A stretch of 64,000 nt of DNA, filler included, from Perkinsus olseni (lineage: Eukaryota): NCBI GenBank assembly GCA_013115125.1. It is 3 parts of 3 records of this genome, joined end to end, with 100 filler letters (N's around TTAATTAATTAA, not from the genome) between each part and the next. Parts side by side here need not be neighbours in the genome. Positions count along the whole stretch, not along the records: positions 1 to 24,276 come from JABANN010000511.1; 2 more parts are not named here. The stretch is one strand, 5' to 3'. Positions 1 through 10,256 of the stretch are shown here, in pieces. Under the pieces are notes generated by a model that saw only the letters and a list, made by a program, of their open reading frames with translations, did not search any database and was not told the DNA's origin. The number at the start of each line of letters is the position of its first letter. Position 1 is the first letter of the stretch. Made by a program: the position numbers and the translations under genes.

Positions 1-808
1 TACTATGCATCTACATACTGTGTTGGGAATCGGAGATATCGGGAGTATGCCTGATAATGCTATGTGTGGGGATATCCTTGGCGATAGTTCACGAGGATAA
101 AGTTAAATGGAGGAATGTCATCATTCGAACGCTGAAACTAGGAGCCGCTGCCGGGGCTCTCAGCGCGATAACGTAATCACCATCGTGAAGGGAGAGGACC
201 GCCCTTTATGGTCCATGACAGGTATACGTTCATGCCTAGGAGCCCGATCTACTTCGGCGCTATCCACTGCATAACGCTGAATACCCTGCTCACCATGTTC
301 TTCATCAGAGTGAGTCGTTGTGTGTCCTCTATTCGATGAGACTCTACTCGGTTGCTATTCAGGTCCCTCGCGTAGCCCTTCTTGGCTTCATCTTCACTCA
401 GCTATACACCATCATGGTCGGTCGCTTCCCTCTTGAAGTCCCCACCAACCGGCCCACAGTTGATGTCATCCCATGGTCACCCCACAATCTATCGACTTTG
501 GTCTGGAAAAGCTTCCCCTCAGGTTCCACAACCTCGGATACTGTTTGCTCGGCCTCTGGCTCCACAGCGTGGGGGCTCACAAGATTGCGGTGGTCGAGCT
601 CATACCGGGGAAGCCTATACACTTGGAAGACACGGTCTTCACTTTTTTCGGCCGTCATGTGAGTTCATCGCTGCTCCCCGTTCGAAGCCGGGGTGCTCAA
701 GACCTTATCGGGGTGTCCTTATCGGTCCCTCCTCAGTCCCTCACGGTCTACCTGGCCCATATGATTCCTGTACTGCTAATACTTGCAATCTTTGTCTACT
801 CTCAGTGA
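1..808 (+). CDS. DUF1624 / HGSNAT-like multi-pass membrane acyltransferase, 3' part (5' end outside window; spliced)
   Basis: Spliced exons read ..PIYFGAIHCITLNTLLT..VDVIPW|FHNLGYCLLGLWLHSVG..FFGRH..; clearly paralogous to the gene at 1095-2883. Confidence 0.65.
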
Positions 809-1094
809 CCAGTTCAATCGGCCCTTCGTTCAATCATTCCCTTTTCTTGCGACATTACCCCCGACCCAGCTGTGGTGTTAGCGAGCTCCAGGTTGACGTC
901 GCTGTCACCCTCCACTCCCTTCGGATCTACTCAGTTGGTTGGAGTTTACTCTTGCGGCTTGCGAGCTAGCAGATCTTCATACGCGTGTCGTTTCGGAGAC
1001 TAAGCTCCAGGCATGTCTTGACCCCCCCTGTTCCCACTTCTGCTGCTGCTCAACCCATCCACGGCTTCCCTTTTGGCAGTTTTCTATTGTTTCA

Positions 1095-2883
1095 ATGGAT
1101 GACCATCCGGGAGCCCATTCAATATCCCTCCTTTCTCGAGGGCAGCAGCTCGTGCTCTTCACTTGCTGCGTATTTTTCTCTGCAAGCCTTGTGGTGCTTC
1201 ACCGTACTACTCGTAGTGAGCGACAGTGGAGGTTGAAAGAATACGAGATGGTCCCCATCAAGGACTCTGAAGAGCCACGTGGGGGTTCTACCGAGACAAG
1301 ACGTTCAAGCGACAGTCCTGCGAAGGCTCGGTATCCCTTCATAGACTTCCTCCGTGGTTTATGCATATCCTTCGTGGTCGCCTTTCATCTCCTCTTCCTT
1401 TGCCGAGAGAGCAATCTACTCCCACTCGACGCATGGGTTGATAAAACCGTAGGATTGCCCTTGCTGGACTATGCAAAATTCATCTTCTATTTTATTGTGA
1501 CCTTCGTCCTTGGCTATGGAGGTTACCTCATAACGCCGTATATGGCTTATATCATGTGAGTCATGCACTCGCCGCTGCTGAGGGCTTCGCCGCTGCTCCA
1601 CGTATTATCCATTTCCTCGCTCGGTTCGCCAGGCTTGTGGGTTCTTGTAGCCAAACCACTGCACCAAGCAAGATCCGATAGATCCTCCTAGGCATAGCTC
1701 GAGAACTACCTCGCCTCTCGTGAACTCGGACGAAGGCTTCCTCTAACAGTCTTCGTCCTATCAATATTCTTCTATCAGTAGACCATACTGATCTCATGAT
1801 CTGCCGGAAGGGAGTGTGGTTTGAGATAAGCTCATCGCGTATTCACGGTCTTCTGTCGTATCCCCCACAGTTGCTAAGCTTCGGGCATAGTGGGTGGGTT
1901 TAGGGCCATCGCCGACAGTACGGCTTAGTTTGACTAGCACAGGCTTGGTGTGCATCGCTCCGCCTGCTGCTCCTCAGTTACGGGCCAGTTGTCACTTTAT
2001 GCATTTATTCTTATTGGTGGGTGGCGCAAATATCGGGAGTATGCCTGATAATGCTGTGTATGGGTATGTCCCAGGCGACTATACACGAGAATGGTATCAA
2101 CTACCGCAGTGTCGGTCGTAGAGCAGTAAAGTTGGGTATCGTCGCCGCCAGCATCACCCTTATCACGTGAGTCAGCCATGCGCTGTAGCACTGCGGAGGT
2201 CTTCATCAGGTATGTCCTCAATCGGGAAGAGTTCATTTACTTCGGGGCAATACACTGTATCCTAGTCAACAGTCTTTTAACTGTACCATTTACACGAGTA
2301 AGTTGTGCCTCTAGAGTTCAGCAACGACACCCCTCTACGGGCTCCATTCTACTGATGCTCCAGAGGACTGTTTCACGATGACGTGTCAGATTCCGCGAGC
2401 CGCCTTGGTCGGCTTTCTTCTCATCCAAGGCTACACTATGAAGTGGGGGACTGCTCCAGTAGAGGTACCACAGGATATTCCAACCCTAGACGTTATCCCG
2501 TGGTGAGTTGCAGGAGTTGCGTCTCTTGATGCTTCAACGAAACTGGTTGACAACTCCCTCACCCTGTGCTCAGGTTTCATAATTTCGGCTACTGCCTGCT
2601 CGGGGTATGGTTGCACAGTAGAGGCCTCCATAAGCTTGAGTCGATAACGATCATACCTGGCAGGCCAGCGGCTCTGGAGGGCACCGTCTTCACGACCTTC
2701 GGTCGCCACGTAAGCTTCGTCTTGGGTTGCATCTTCTACCACATCTTCTTCTCATCGTTCTTCATCCTCGCTGTCGCACTGGTTGTTGTGGCCTTCATTC
2801 ATCCCTTTCAGTGCCTGGCTATATACTTGGGTCACATGCTCATCGTCCTTCCCGTCGTGTGGGTCGTCTCCACGGGAGCCTAA
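1095..2883 (+). CDS. DUF1624 / HGSNAT-like membrane protein (spliced), tandem paralog
   Basis: Motif RYPFIDFLRGLCISFVVAFH; later exons IYFGAIHCI, LDVIPW|FHNFGYCLLG, TFGRH; several hydrophobic segments. Confidence 0.7.
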
Positions 2884-3558
2884 TCCGGATCGGAACTGAG
2901 GAGCTTCAGCTCTATTCTTATGCAGTTTCGAGGGTATCGAGGATTCCTTAATATTTTCTACCGACTCTGAGTTGCTGCGTTGAGTAACACGGTTGCGTCA
3001 ACGAGCGGCGGGGGCCTGTGCGAGTATGACAGCGCATGATACCAGGTGAATCACGAGGAGCTCACCATGAACTTCTCCTGAACTAGCAGGCTCGCTCATT
3101 ACCGGTTTCTGTCACCACCCATGCCGCCTAGTCAATGGGAGTGGAGAGTAGTGAAGACACGATGACACAAAATTTGCCATGGTGCCCAGACCTTAATATG
3201 TCAGAACACACAATAGGTCGCCAAGAGGTTCGAGACAGGTATCCGGAGCCGATCCCGGCAGTGGTTGTTCCTTGGCGCCGAGCGCGACAATTGTACTCTC
3301 AGCAGCCTGCGTGCACAAAGCGTTCCGTCTTCTAGCGTTTCGCTAGAAACCTTTTCATCATTACTCACTAATTACTCATCACACATATACTTTCTTGGTA
3401 CCTAACTGAGCTCCGGTCACTTCGCAGTTGAATGGCCACACGGACGCGATTTACGCTGTTTCTACTCTGTCCTTGCGTTGAGGTTGGGACAGGGGTTGAA
3501 TGGGCGTATTCTCAGTGACTATAAGCCTAAACAACGCGATGATTCAGAAACAACATCG

Positions 3559-5145
3559 TCATAGAATATGCTGCCGAACATCATTCAGTCTGGCGAAACA
3601 TGCATCAGGAAGCCAACTCGAGGAAGATTGTCCACCACCCGGTTGGAAGAAGTTCATCCCGAGCCACTCTCGTACCAAAGACGTCGCGAAGCTGCCAGGC
3701 GGGAGGACGAAGGTAACCGACAGTTTACCGTGTCGCCGCTCCCACTGCAAACGGCGCGGTTTGACAAGAAGCGGTCTGAACCTTCCGTGGTGTTTCAGAG
3801 GATCTTCCCTCACCCCCAGCCTGCTTGCCATGGTGGAGATGAACTCACCTGTCGAATTATCAGGACGCAGACCGAATCTTGTGGGTGTTGGCAGGACCAC
3901 CTGGCTGAAATCTGGAAGCTCCGACCCGGTTTCCGATGAAATAACGATTCGTCCATCTTCTCCCAAGCACAGGTCGCCAGAAACCCCAGTCATACCGTAG
4001 CGGCCGATTCTCGAGCTCACAGCGTAGTTCCACAGCAAAGATTCAAAAGCGTTATTGTAGGTGCTCCACAGCCTTGCCGGTATCTTTGTCCTCCACAGCC
4101 GTTTCGGATACTTCACGATTGCTTCGATTAAATCATGATCATCCCTCGAGGTAACGTCCTCAGGAAGATTTCTCTGAAGTGACTTGAAATCCTTCCCAGC
4201 GATCCTCTCCGCCACACGCCGCCGGGCAGGTTCCTGTTCTCCGGCCGCCAGCAAAGCCAGTACTGCTTCCTCTACCCTGCCCGTGTTGAGGTGCCACCCG
4301 GCCACTGGTGTCATGTACCTCGGAGAGCCAAACCTTTGGGTTCCAAAGTAGTTGACGAATCCTTCCTCGGCGATATGACTCAAGGCGAGGTCGTGCGCCT
4401 CGCTCTCGATGACCTTCGAGTCACCAGCAAATACTAGGCGGAAGTAGTTGCCGCTGAGATCGCTCAGCTTCAATGGTTTCTCGACCCCCAGGGGATCTCC
4501 AACCCGAAAGGGCAGTCGCAGATGCCGGTGCTTGCGGAAGAGTCTTAGAAAAGCTTCCCGCGGCATCGTGAGGTGCTGTGTGGTGTCAGCGTGCTTGTCC
4601 TTACGACCAGCATAGGAGATGTCCTCGGGGGTGCATTCCGAGTGATGAGCCAACAAGCGAACCACACTTTGAGTGTCCATGAGGTACTTCTGGACGGTCA
4701 ACTGGACGAAGGGGCACTTCAGCAGATGGGCTCCCAGCCGCTTGGTGGAGACGTAGCTACGCAGAGACCTGTGCAACTCCAGCGGGGTTTGGCTGTCGAT
4801 GGGGATCTCCCTCACGGCGAACCCATCACGGCCGATGACCAAGTCCACCTCTTCATGGACGCGGTCGTCATTGCGCGACCACCGTAGGGTTCCACCGAAG
4901 GGCCTTCGAGTGTCGTCGAGGACCGTGGCCGATCTCATACCAAGTAGACTCAGGAACTCACCGCTCGCTGTGCTTCGAGCTGACGGACATGCTGCAGCCA
5001 TAAAGAGGAAGGAAAACTCCGCAGCAAGGACGTGATAACCCGGGAGTGCCGAGCCAGATTCAATATCCCCTCCACTATAGGAACCCTGATCGGAGTGGCG
5101 TAAGAGGATGCTCGTCGCGAACAGACTGCCAACATGCAGTACCAT
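3559..5145 (-). CDS. PUS7: tRNA pseudouridine synthase TruD/Pus7 family, intronless; true start probably an internal ATG
   Basis: Motifs ISYAGRKDKHADTTQ (catalytic Asp), LSGNYFRL, GFVNYFGTQRFG, FVLPPGSFATSLVRE. Confidence 0.9.
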   Translation of the reverse strand: MVLHVGSLFATSILLRHSDQGSYSGGDIESGSALPGYHVLAAEFSFLFMAAACPSARSTASGEFLSLLGMRSATVLDDTRRPFGGTLRWSRNDDRVHEEVDLVIGRDGFAVREIPIDSQTPLELHRSLRSYVSTKRLGAHLLKCPFVQLTVQKYLMDTQSVVRLLAHHSECTPEDISYAGRKDKHADTTQHLTMPREAFLRLFRKHRHLRLPFRVGDPLGVEKPLKLSDLSGNYFRLVFAGDSKVIESEAHDLALSHIAEEGFVNYFGTQRFGSPRYMTPVAGWHLNTGRVEEAVLALLAAGEQEPARRRVAERIAGKDFKSLQRNLPEDVTSRDDHDLIEAIVKYPKRLWRTKIPARLWSTYNNAFESLLWNYAVSSRIGRYGMTGVSGDLCLGEDGRIVISSETGSELPDFSQVVLPTPTRFGLRPDNSTGEFISTMASRLGVREDPLKHHGRFRPLLVKPRRLQWERRHGKLSVTFVLPPGSFATSLVREWLGMNFFQPGGGQSSSSWLPDACFARLNDVRQHIL

Positions 5146-5173
5146 TCATAAATGGGAATCATGGTACGGAGGC

Positions 5174-6660
5174 TCAACAGGCTCCAGTCAAAGGCTCGCT
5201 GCCACAGGTCGGAGGAGAGATGGTCCACCGGCCTCGGACTAGCCCCCAACTGAGTTGACCAGAACAGACCTCCGCTCCGGAATCCATGCCGTGTAGCTTT
5301 GCTTGTATGGCCTCCAGCTCCTCGATGCGAACCTGCTTCGCCGGCAACGGCCAACAGCATCCAAGTTGCGTCGGATCAGCACGCACTTGCAGCAGCTCCT
5401 CGACCAAGTCCTCATCCACGTCGAACCTCAGCCCGCTGTAGGGCGATGGGGGAGGCCTCCTGTTTCTGGCGAGCCAATCCTCGAGTACCTCAGGGGTGCG
5501 GAGTGAGGGAGCCACTTGCACGAGGCCACTCACGATTATTCTATCCTGCAGCTCACGGCATGCTAATGCAGCCGATAACGTCCGCTCCTCGGCCGCTGCT
5601 ACCTGAATAACCCAGGCTGTGTCAAGAGACCGGAAGGCCATACCTGATCGTCATACCGCTCAACCAGGACAGCCGAGGGGTTGAACGCGTCCACTCCGCC
5701 GATGGCTAGGCTGTCTGCAGCATGACGGGTATCCAACACTAAACCTGTCATAGACGACCAGCGGACCTTGTGGGCCTACCGCCACGACGTTACTGCAAGC
5801 GAGGGACTGAATGCGAAGTAGCGGTAGAACCTCCACCAGAAGCAGTCTCTGCCGCCTGAGCATGCTCGGTCCCTAGAGAGGTGAGAGAGCAAGGCCCGCG
5901 CGATAGTTTCGACCCCTCCCTGGCCGGATCAGTGACACTAGGCATAAGCCCAACGAGTAGGCCCTACTCCGTGCCATGTCCGCCTTGTCGGCCCAACGGT
6001 GACCCTCCGCCAAATGCTCTTCGAGTGCATCCTTCAGCTTCCTCAACTCATCCCGCAGTAGCCGCCTCTGGACAAGCCGCACCCTCCGCTCCATGGATCC
6101 CTGACCGCGGTGGTAGGGCAGCGGAGGGACCGTCAGAACGGAAGTCGACGACAGGTCGCCCGCAACGCCCAGCGCCATCAGTACGCAGTCAACAGCCGAC
6201 GAGCCCACCTGGCCGGCATTGCCCTCTCGTGTCTCCGCCAGGATGTCCGCGTAGCGGCGCAGTTTATGGCAGTCCGTGATGAGGCGGCGGACATGATCCT
6301 GCAACCGCTGCTGTCGGCTCGGACAAAGCCTCTCCCTAGCTCTAGTGGAGCGTTTCTTGAGAGGGAGGAAGCTGGAGTGTTCGCCACAGCGGTCGGAGGA
6401 CTGACACCGCCTGCAAGGACGAGGGCCTGCAGAGTGGACCGGCAGAAACCCGAGAGAAACGACATCCGAAAGAGTTGGTTTACCCCTCAGTCGCCGAAAC
6501 AGTCGAGCCTTTTTTACGGAGCCTCATGTTACGGTTCCCGACTACTAGCGCGTCCAAAGCATCGATACTACCTAGGGCTGAGCAGCCCTTCTCTGTGACG
6601 CTCCACAAGAGCCTCGGTACGTCGTCTCAGCTCGGAGACCGTCGGTGGGGGCGTACTCAT
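5174..6660 (-). CDS. Hypothetical spliced protein with a coiled-coil-like segment
   Basis: ATG at 6660 (MSTPPPTVSELRRRTEALVERHRE) followed by a GT donor; minus-strand ORF blocks at 5873-6304 and 5174-5641. Confidence 0.4.
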
Positions 6661-7174
6661 CGACATACTCAGTGACGGATATCTCAAACCCGGGCTGCAT
6701 TGCCTCCTCGGTAATCAACACAAATCGAAGCTCTAGCGCCAGCAGAGGCCAATAGCGAACCAAGAGGAGAACACAGGAGGCAGTACTGGCCCATGGCCAA
6801 GCAGCGGGTTGCTTGAGAAGGTTGATAGCTATGACCGTTCCAACCGAGCAGGGGATAGCCTAGTGTGCACTCCCTCGGAGCCTTGTAGCAGCCGGTAATA
6901 CCAGGGCCTACTCCGGCATGCCTCCCGCTCATACAACAAGAGTTTATTCAGCCACTCAAAGTGTACTGTGCTACGCCCGCTGCTGCTGCCTTCCTACCGC
7001 AACACCCTCGGACAGGGCGGCATGGCAAGTCGTCGAGCCCCTCAGCATTCCGGGCTGATGCTCAGCGCTTCCCCCCTACCCGGTAGACTATGTACAACAC
7101 TACAACATGAGAATGAATGAAGATGATGATACTGAATTGCGGTGCTGCTGCTGCTGAACATACTGATGATGACA

Positions 7175-7855
7175 CTAAAGAGCACCTCGGAGCACTTCGA
7201 CGACTGCCTGGTGGCCTGAGGAGGGGTAACGATGAGCCCCACTGAGCGGCCCTGCCCCGCCTTACCCGCCTCTTCAGCGATGGCCAGTGGCATCTGCCCC
7301 TTCCTGCTACTAGCGTTCGGATTAGCCCCTTTATCGAGCAGGAATTTGACCACCTTAGGATTGCCAGCCAGGCAGGCCGCCATCAGTGGTGTGAAGTCTA
7401 AAGAGAACAGCAAGGTGCACAGTTGGCCTGCCAACCAAGGCACTACTGAGGCTGTTCTCTGCCTCGAGGTCTGCACCATGCTCCAACAGCAGACCACACA
7501 AAAACAGGGAGCATTCCTCGTCAGGTATAGACGCTGCTGCATGAAGGACGGTACACCCTAAAGGCAGCACAGGGGATGAATACTCGTCCAGCAGCCAGCT
7601 GTCTGACTACCCCCCGAGCCCTCGGCATTGATATCGCCGCCACTCCGAGGAAGCTCCTCCAATGCGGCCTCCACGGCCACCTTGTCGCCCGCTAATACCG
7701 CTCTCATCAGAGCTCGCTCGGACTTAACCTGAGCTGTGCCACCTTAGACCGCGGTAGAATCTTCGCGTGCGAATTGCCTTTGCCTTCTCCTCCTCAGTGG
7801 GGGGTTCGTTAGCCCAGGTGCTGTGGAACTTGACGGGATGCTTTTCCGCGGTCAT
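7175..7855 (-). CDS. Small ankyrin-repeat protein (spliced, about 5 exons)
   Basis: Exons ALMRAVLAGD, GCTVLHAAA..LLLEHGADLEAEN, FTPLMAACLAGNPKVVKFLLDKGANPN, GQMPLAIAEEAG|HQAVVEVL. Confidence 0.85.
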
Positions 7856-8017
7856 GGGTGACAATAGCATAAAACCAGATCGCCCCTGCCCGGGCGATTG
7901 ACTCACTACCAACCCCAAGGCTGCATCATGGCACTTAGAACCCAGAAGGGGCGAATGAAATTGATATTAGCAAAAGTGAATGCGCGGGGAGTCTTCAATG
8001 ACGCTGGCCGCCGCCCT

Positions 8018-8862
8018 CTACTTACTAGGGGCGCCTCCGATGGGAACATCCATGCATTTAAGGTAGTCGAACAGCTTGAGATGGTCCAGCGTAGAGCTCA
8101 TCGGGCTCTGTGGGTCTGAGGAGGGAGATGCCCCATCACTACCTGCTGGGCCGGGGTTACCTGGGAGACCGGCCTGCAGCCCTCTCCTCACGGGTAGGTG
8201 CAGACTACGGCCGATGACAGGCAGCATGGGGACGTTGATGGGCACTTTGTGTTCTCTCAAATGCAACTCACGCTTCACCGCTATCTGATGCTCGCAGATA
8301 CGCTGAGTGTCATCAAGGTCGCTCAGCAGCGCCGCAGCTGACGTCGGTGAACTGAGGAGAGAAGATCGTGCAAGGTAGACGAGCCCACAGAGGTGTGCGT
8401 GGTATTCTAAGAATTTCTAAAGGAGCTCGAGGAGAGGGACACCGAGATAAATTACCCTTCGGAGCCGTGGGCAGCTGCAGCCAGCGGTGGAACAGTGAAC
8501 TCCTCCATGCCTGAGGGGAATGGGCAATCGACTGTGCGTCACCGAAAAATACCATTGCTACTGTGATGGCTGCTGGGAATATCCAAGGTTGGACCCTGCC
8601 AAAGACAAGGAGGTTGATGATATTCAAGGTTAGAGCTTAGCGGTCCTACCGCAATCTTAACAGCAGAGGGAGCCCAAGGCATGCCGGGCATGCTATAGGA
8701 CCTCGGTCTCAATACGTTGTGGGTTTCCATTTCTATAAAGTCCATTACTACGATGCACGCTCGATTGAGCGACTCCAACGCAACCGCTGAAGGGCCGTTG
8801 GCGGGAAAAGCAGAAAAACTGTACTCGGTCGTCGTGGTGATGGTGGTCGTGGTGGTATTCAC
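8018..8862 (-). CDS. Hypothetical spliced protein
   Basis: ATG-led ORF at 8862, short GT-AG introns, terminal ORF ending at 8018; no recognisable domain. Confidence 0.35.
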
Positions 8863-8934
8863 TAACTATCACTGATGCTACTACTACTACTACTACAGAT
8901 CCATGATAATATCATACTACTACCACCGTCCTCC

Positions 8935-10089
8935 TCAATGCTGCTGCTGGCCGCCAGATGGAGGCGCCCCGGCCGGCGGAGGGGCACCACCTCCCTGCGG
9001 AGGGGACATGCCCTGCTGCTGCATGTACTGATAATACTGCTGATAATATTGTTGGTAGTATTGGTACATCTGCCAGTACTGTTGGGGGTCCACATTCTGC
9101 GGGGTGCTGCCGGACGCGGCCGCGGCAGCCTCCCCCGAGGGGGCAGCAGCCGCAGCGGTGGCACCAGCCGGAGGGGCTGGATGGAAGACAGCAGGATCGA
9201 GAGAGTTCCTCGGGCCCTGAGAGGAGGCCCCCAGTCTCATCTGGAAGCCCGAAGCAGAACTGCCCCCCTTCCCAGACGGAGGAGCTTGCTGCGGTTGCAG
9301 AGACGCTGCACTGGACGGGGGTGGTTGATGATACTGTCCAGCACCATAACCCCTCATGGGCTGTTGTGTCGTCATAGTACTCGGCTGGGTGGCCATAGGC
9401 TGTTGCTGTGCTTGTGGCTGTCCCATAGTAGCGGGTATAGACACAGCCCCTCTCCGGGAAATAGGGTCGAAGGGCTGACTACCCCCAGAGCCCTGATAGC
9501 TGCTCCTACGGTCCCCTCTACCATCATCTCTTCTGCTGTCACGACGACTTCTGCTGCGGGATCTGCTGCCACGTCGATCCCTCCTGCTCCTGCTGCGATC
9601 TCTATCCCGTCTGTACTCACGCTCCGACCGGCCATGATCGCGGTCCCTTCGGTCTCTATCACGACGGTCACGACCCGAGTCATGGTCCCATCCCCGAGGG
9701 GCAGCAGCAGCAGCCGCCGAGTCGCTCCACCCTCGCGAGGGCTCCTCCTTAGACCAGCCCCGGGACCCGCTCCGATGCCCGCCTTCGCCGTCCGGTCTAC
9801 TACTCTCACCGCTGATGCTCGGTCTCGAATTATCCCCGTTGTTGGAGGGCAGCCCGCCAGGAGACTCGCCACTGCCGCTCTGCTTCTTCATCCAAGCTGG
9901 CATGGTCAGGCCTCGACCGCGGCCCCCCACTACAGGAGGCGGGCCCACAGGCCTAGGGGTCTCGGATCTCTGGGTTGCCTCGGAGTCAGGAGACGGCGTT
10001 GGGGTGTTGAAGGTCCGCATGCGGCCGAGCGGAATGGCGTTGCCTCCCATACCGGAAAGATGCTTCCCTTTCTTACTTGGTGGGCGCAT
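8935..10089 (-). CDS. Low-complexity RS/RD-rich, Q/Y-rich protein, possibly an RNA-processing factor
   Basis: Long ORF with GRGRGLTMPAWM, RDRDRSRSRR repeats and a QQYWQMYQYYQQYY C-terminus; ATG at 10089. Confidence 0.65.
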   Translation of the reverse strand: MRPPSKKGKHLSGMGGNAIPLGRMRTFNTPTPSPDSEATQRSETPRPVGPPPVVGGRGRGLTMPAWMKKQSGSGESPGGLPSNNGDNSRPSISGESSRPDGEGGHRSGSRGWSKEEPSRGWSDSAAAAAAPRGWDHDSGRDRRDRDRRDRDHGRSEREYRRDRDRSRSRRDRRGSRSRSRSRRDSRRDDGRGDRRSSYQGSGGSQPFDPISRRGAVSIPATMGQPQAQQQPMATQPSTMTTQQPMRGYGAGQYHQPPPSSAASLQPQQAPPSGKGGSSASGFQMRLGASSQGPRNSLDPAVFHPAPPAGATAAAAAPSGEAAAAASGSTPQNVDPQQYWQMYQYYQQYYQQYYQYMQQQGMSPPQGGGAPPPAGAPPSGGQQQH

Positions 10090-10128
10090 GATGTACGGAG
10101 GACGCAACTGAGAACAACATGCGGAGCG

Positions 10129-10211
10129 AAAAAACACCACAGCCGAGGATCGAACCCGGGACCTTTACACCCCATCCTAACGCAACCTGCATTCCCCGTT
10201 CCATTCTGGTA
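10129..10211 (-). other. tRNA-derived Pol III-like module (A-box, B-box, T6)
   Basis: Minus strand: TACCAGAATGG (A-box with 1 mismatch), AAGGTCCCGGGTTCGATCC (variable loop and T-arm), then TTTTTT. Confidence 0.5.
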
Positions 10212-10256
10212 ACTGACGTGAAATGGACGATCAACTGTGACAGTAGGAGTATCAAC

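Noticed and set aside
3559-6932. Stop-codon read-through joining the minus-strand ORFs upstream of TruD
   Set aside because: The ORFs nearest TruD are in different frames, and ordinary short introns in a separate gene explain them better.
8875-10212. 445-aa plus-strand ORF
   Set aside because: It is the antisense shadow of the low-complexity minus-strand gene, whose composition and orientation fit the cluster.
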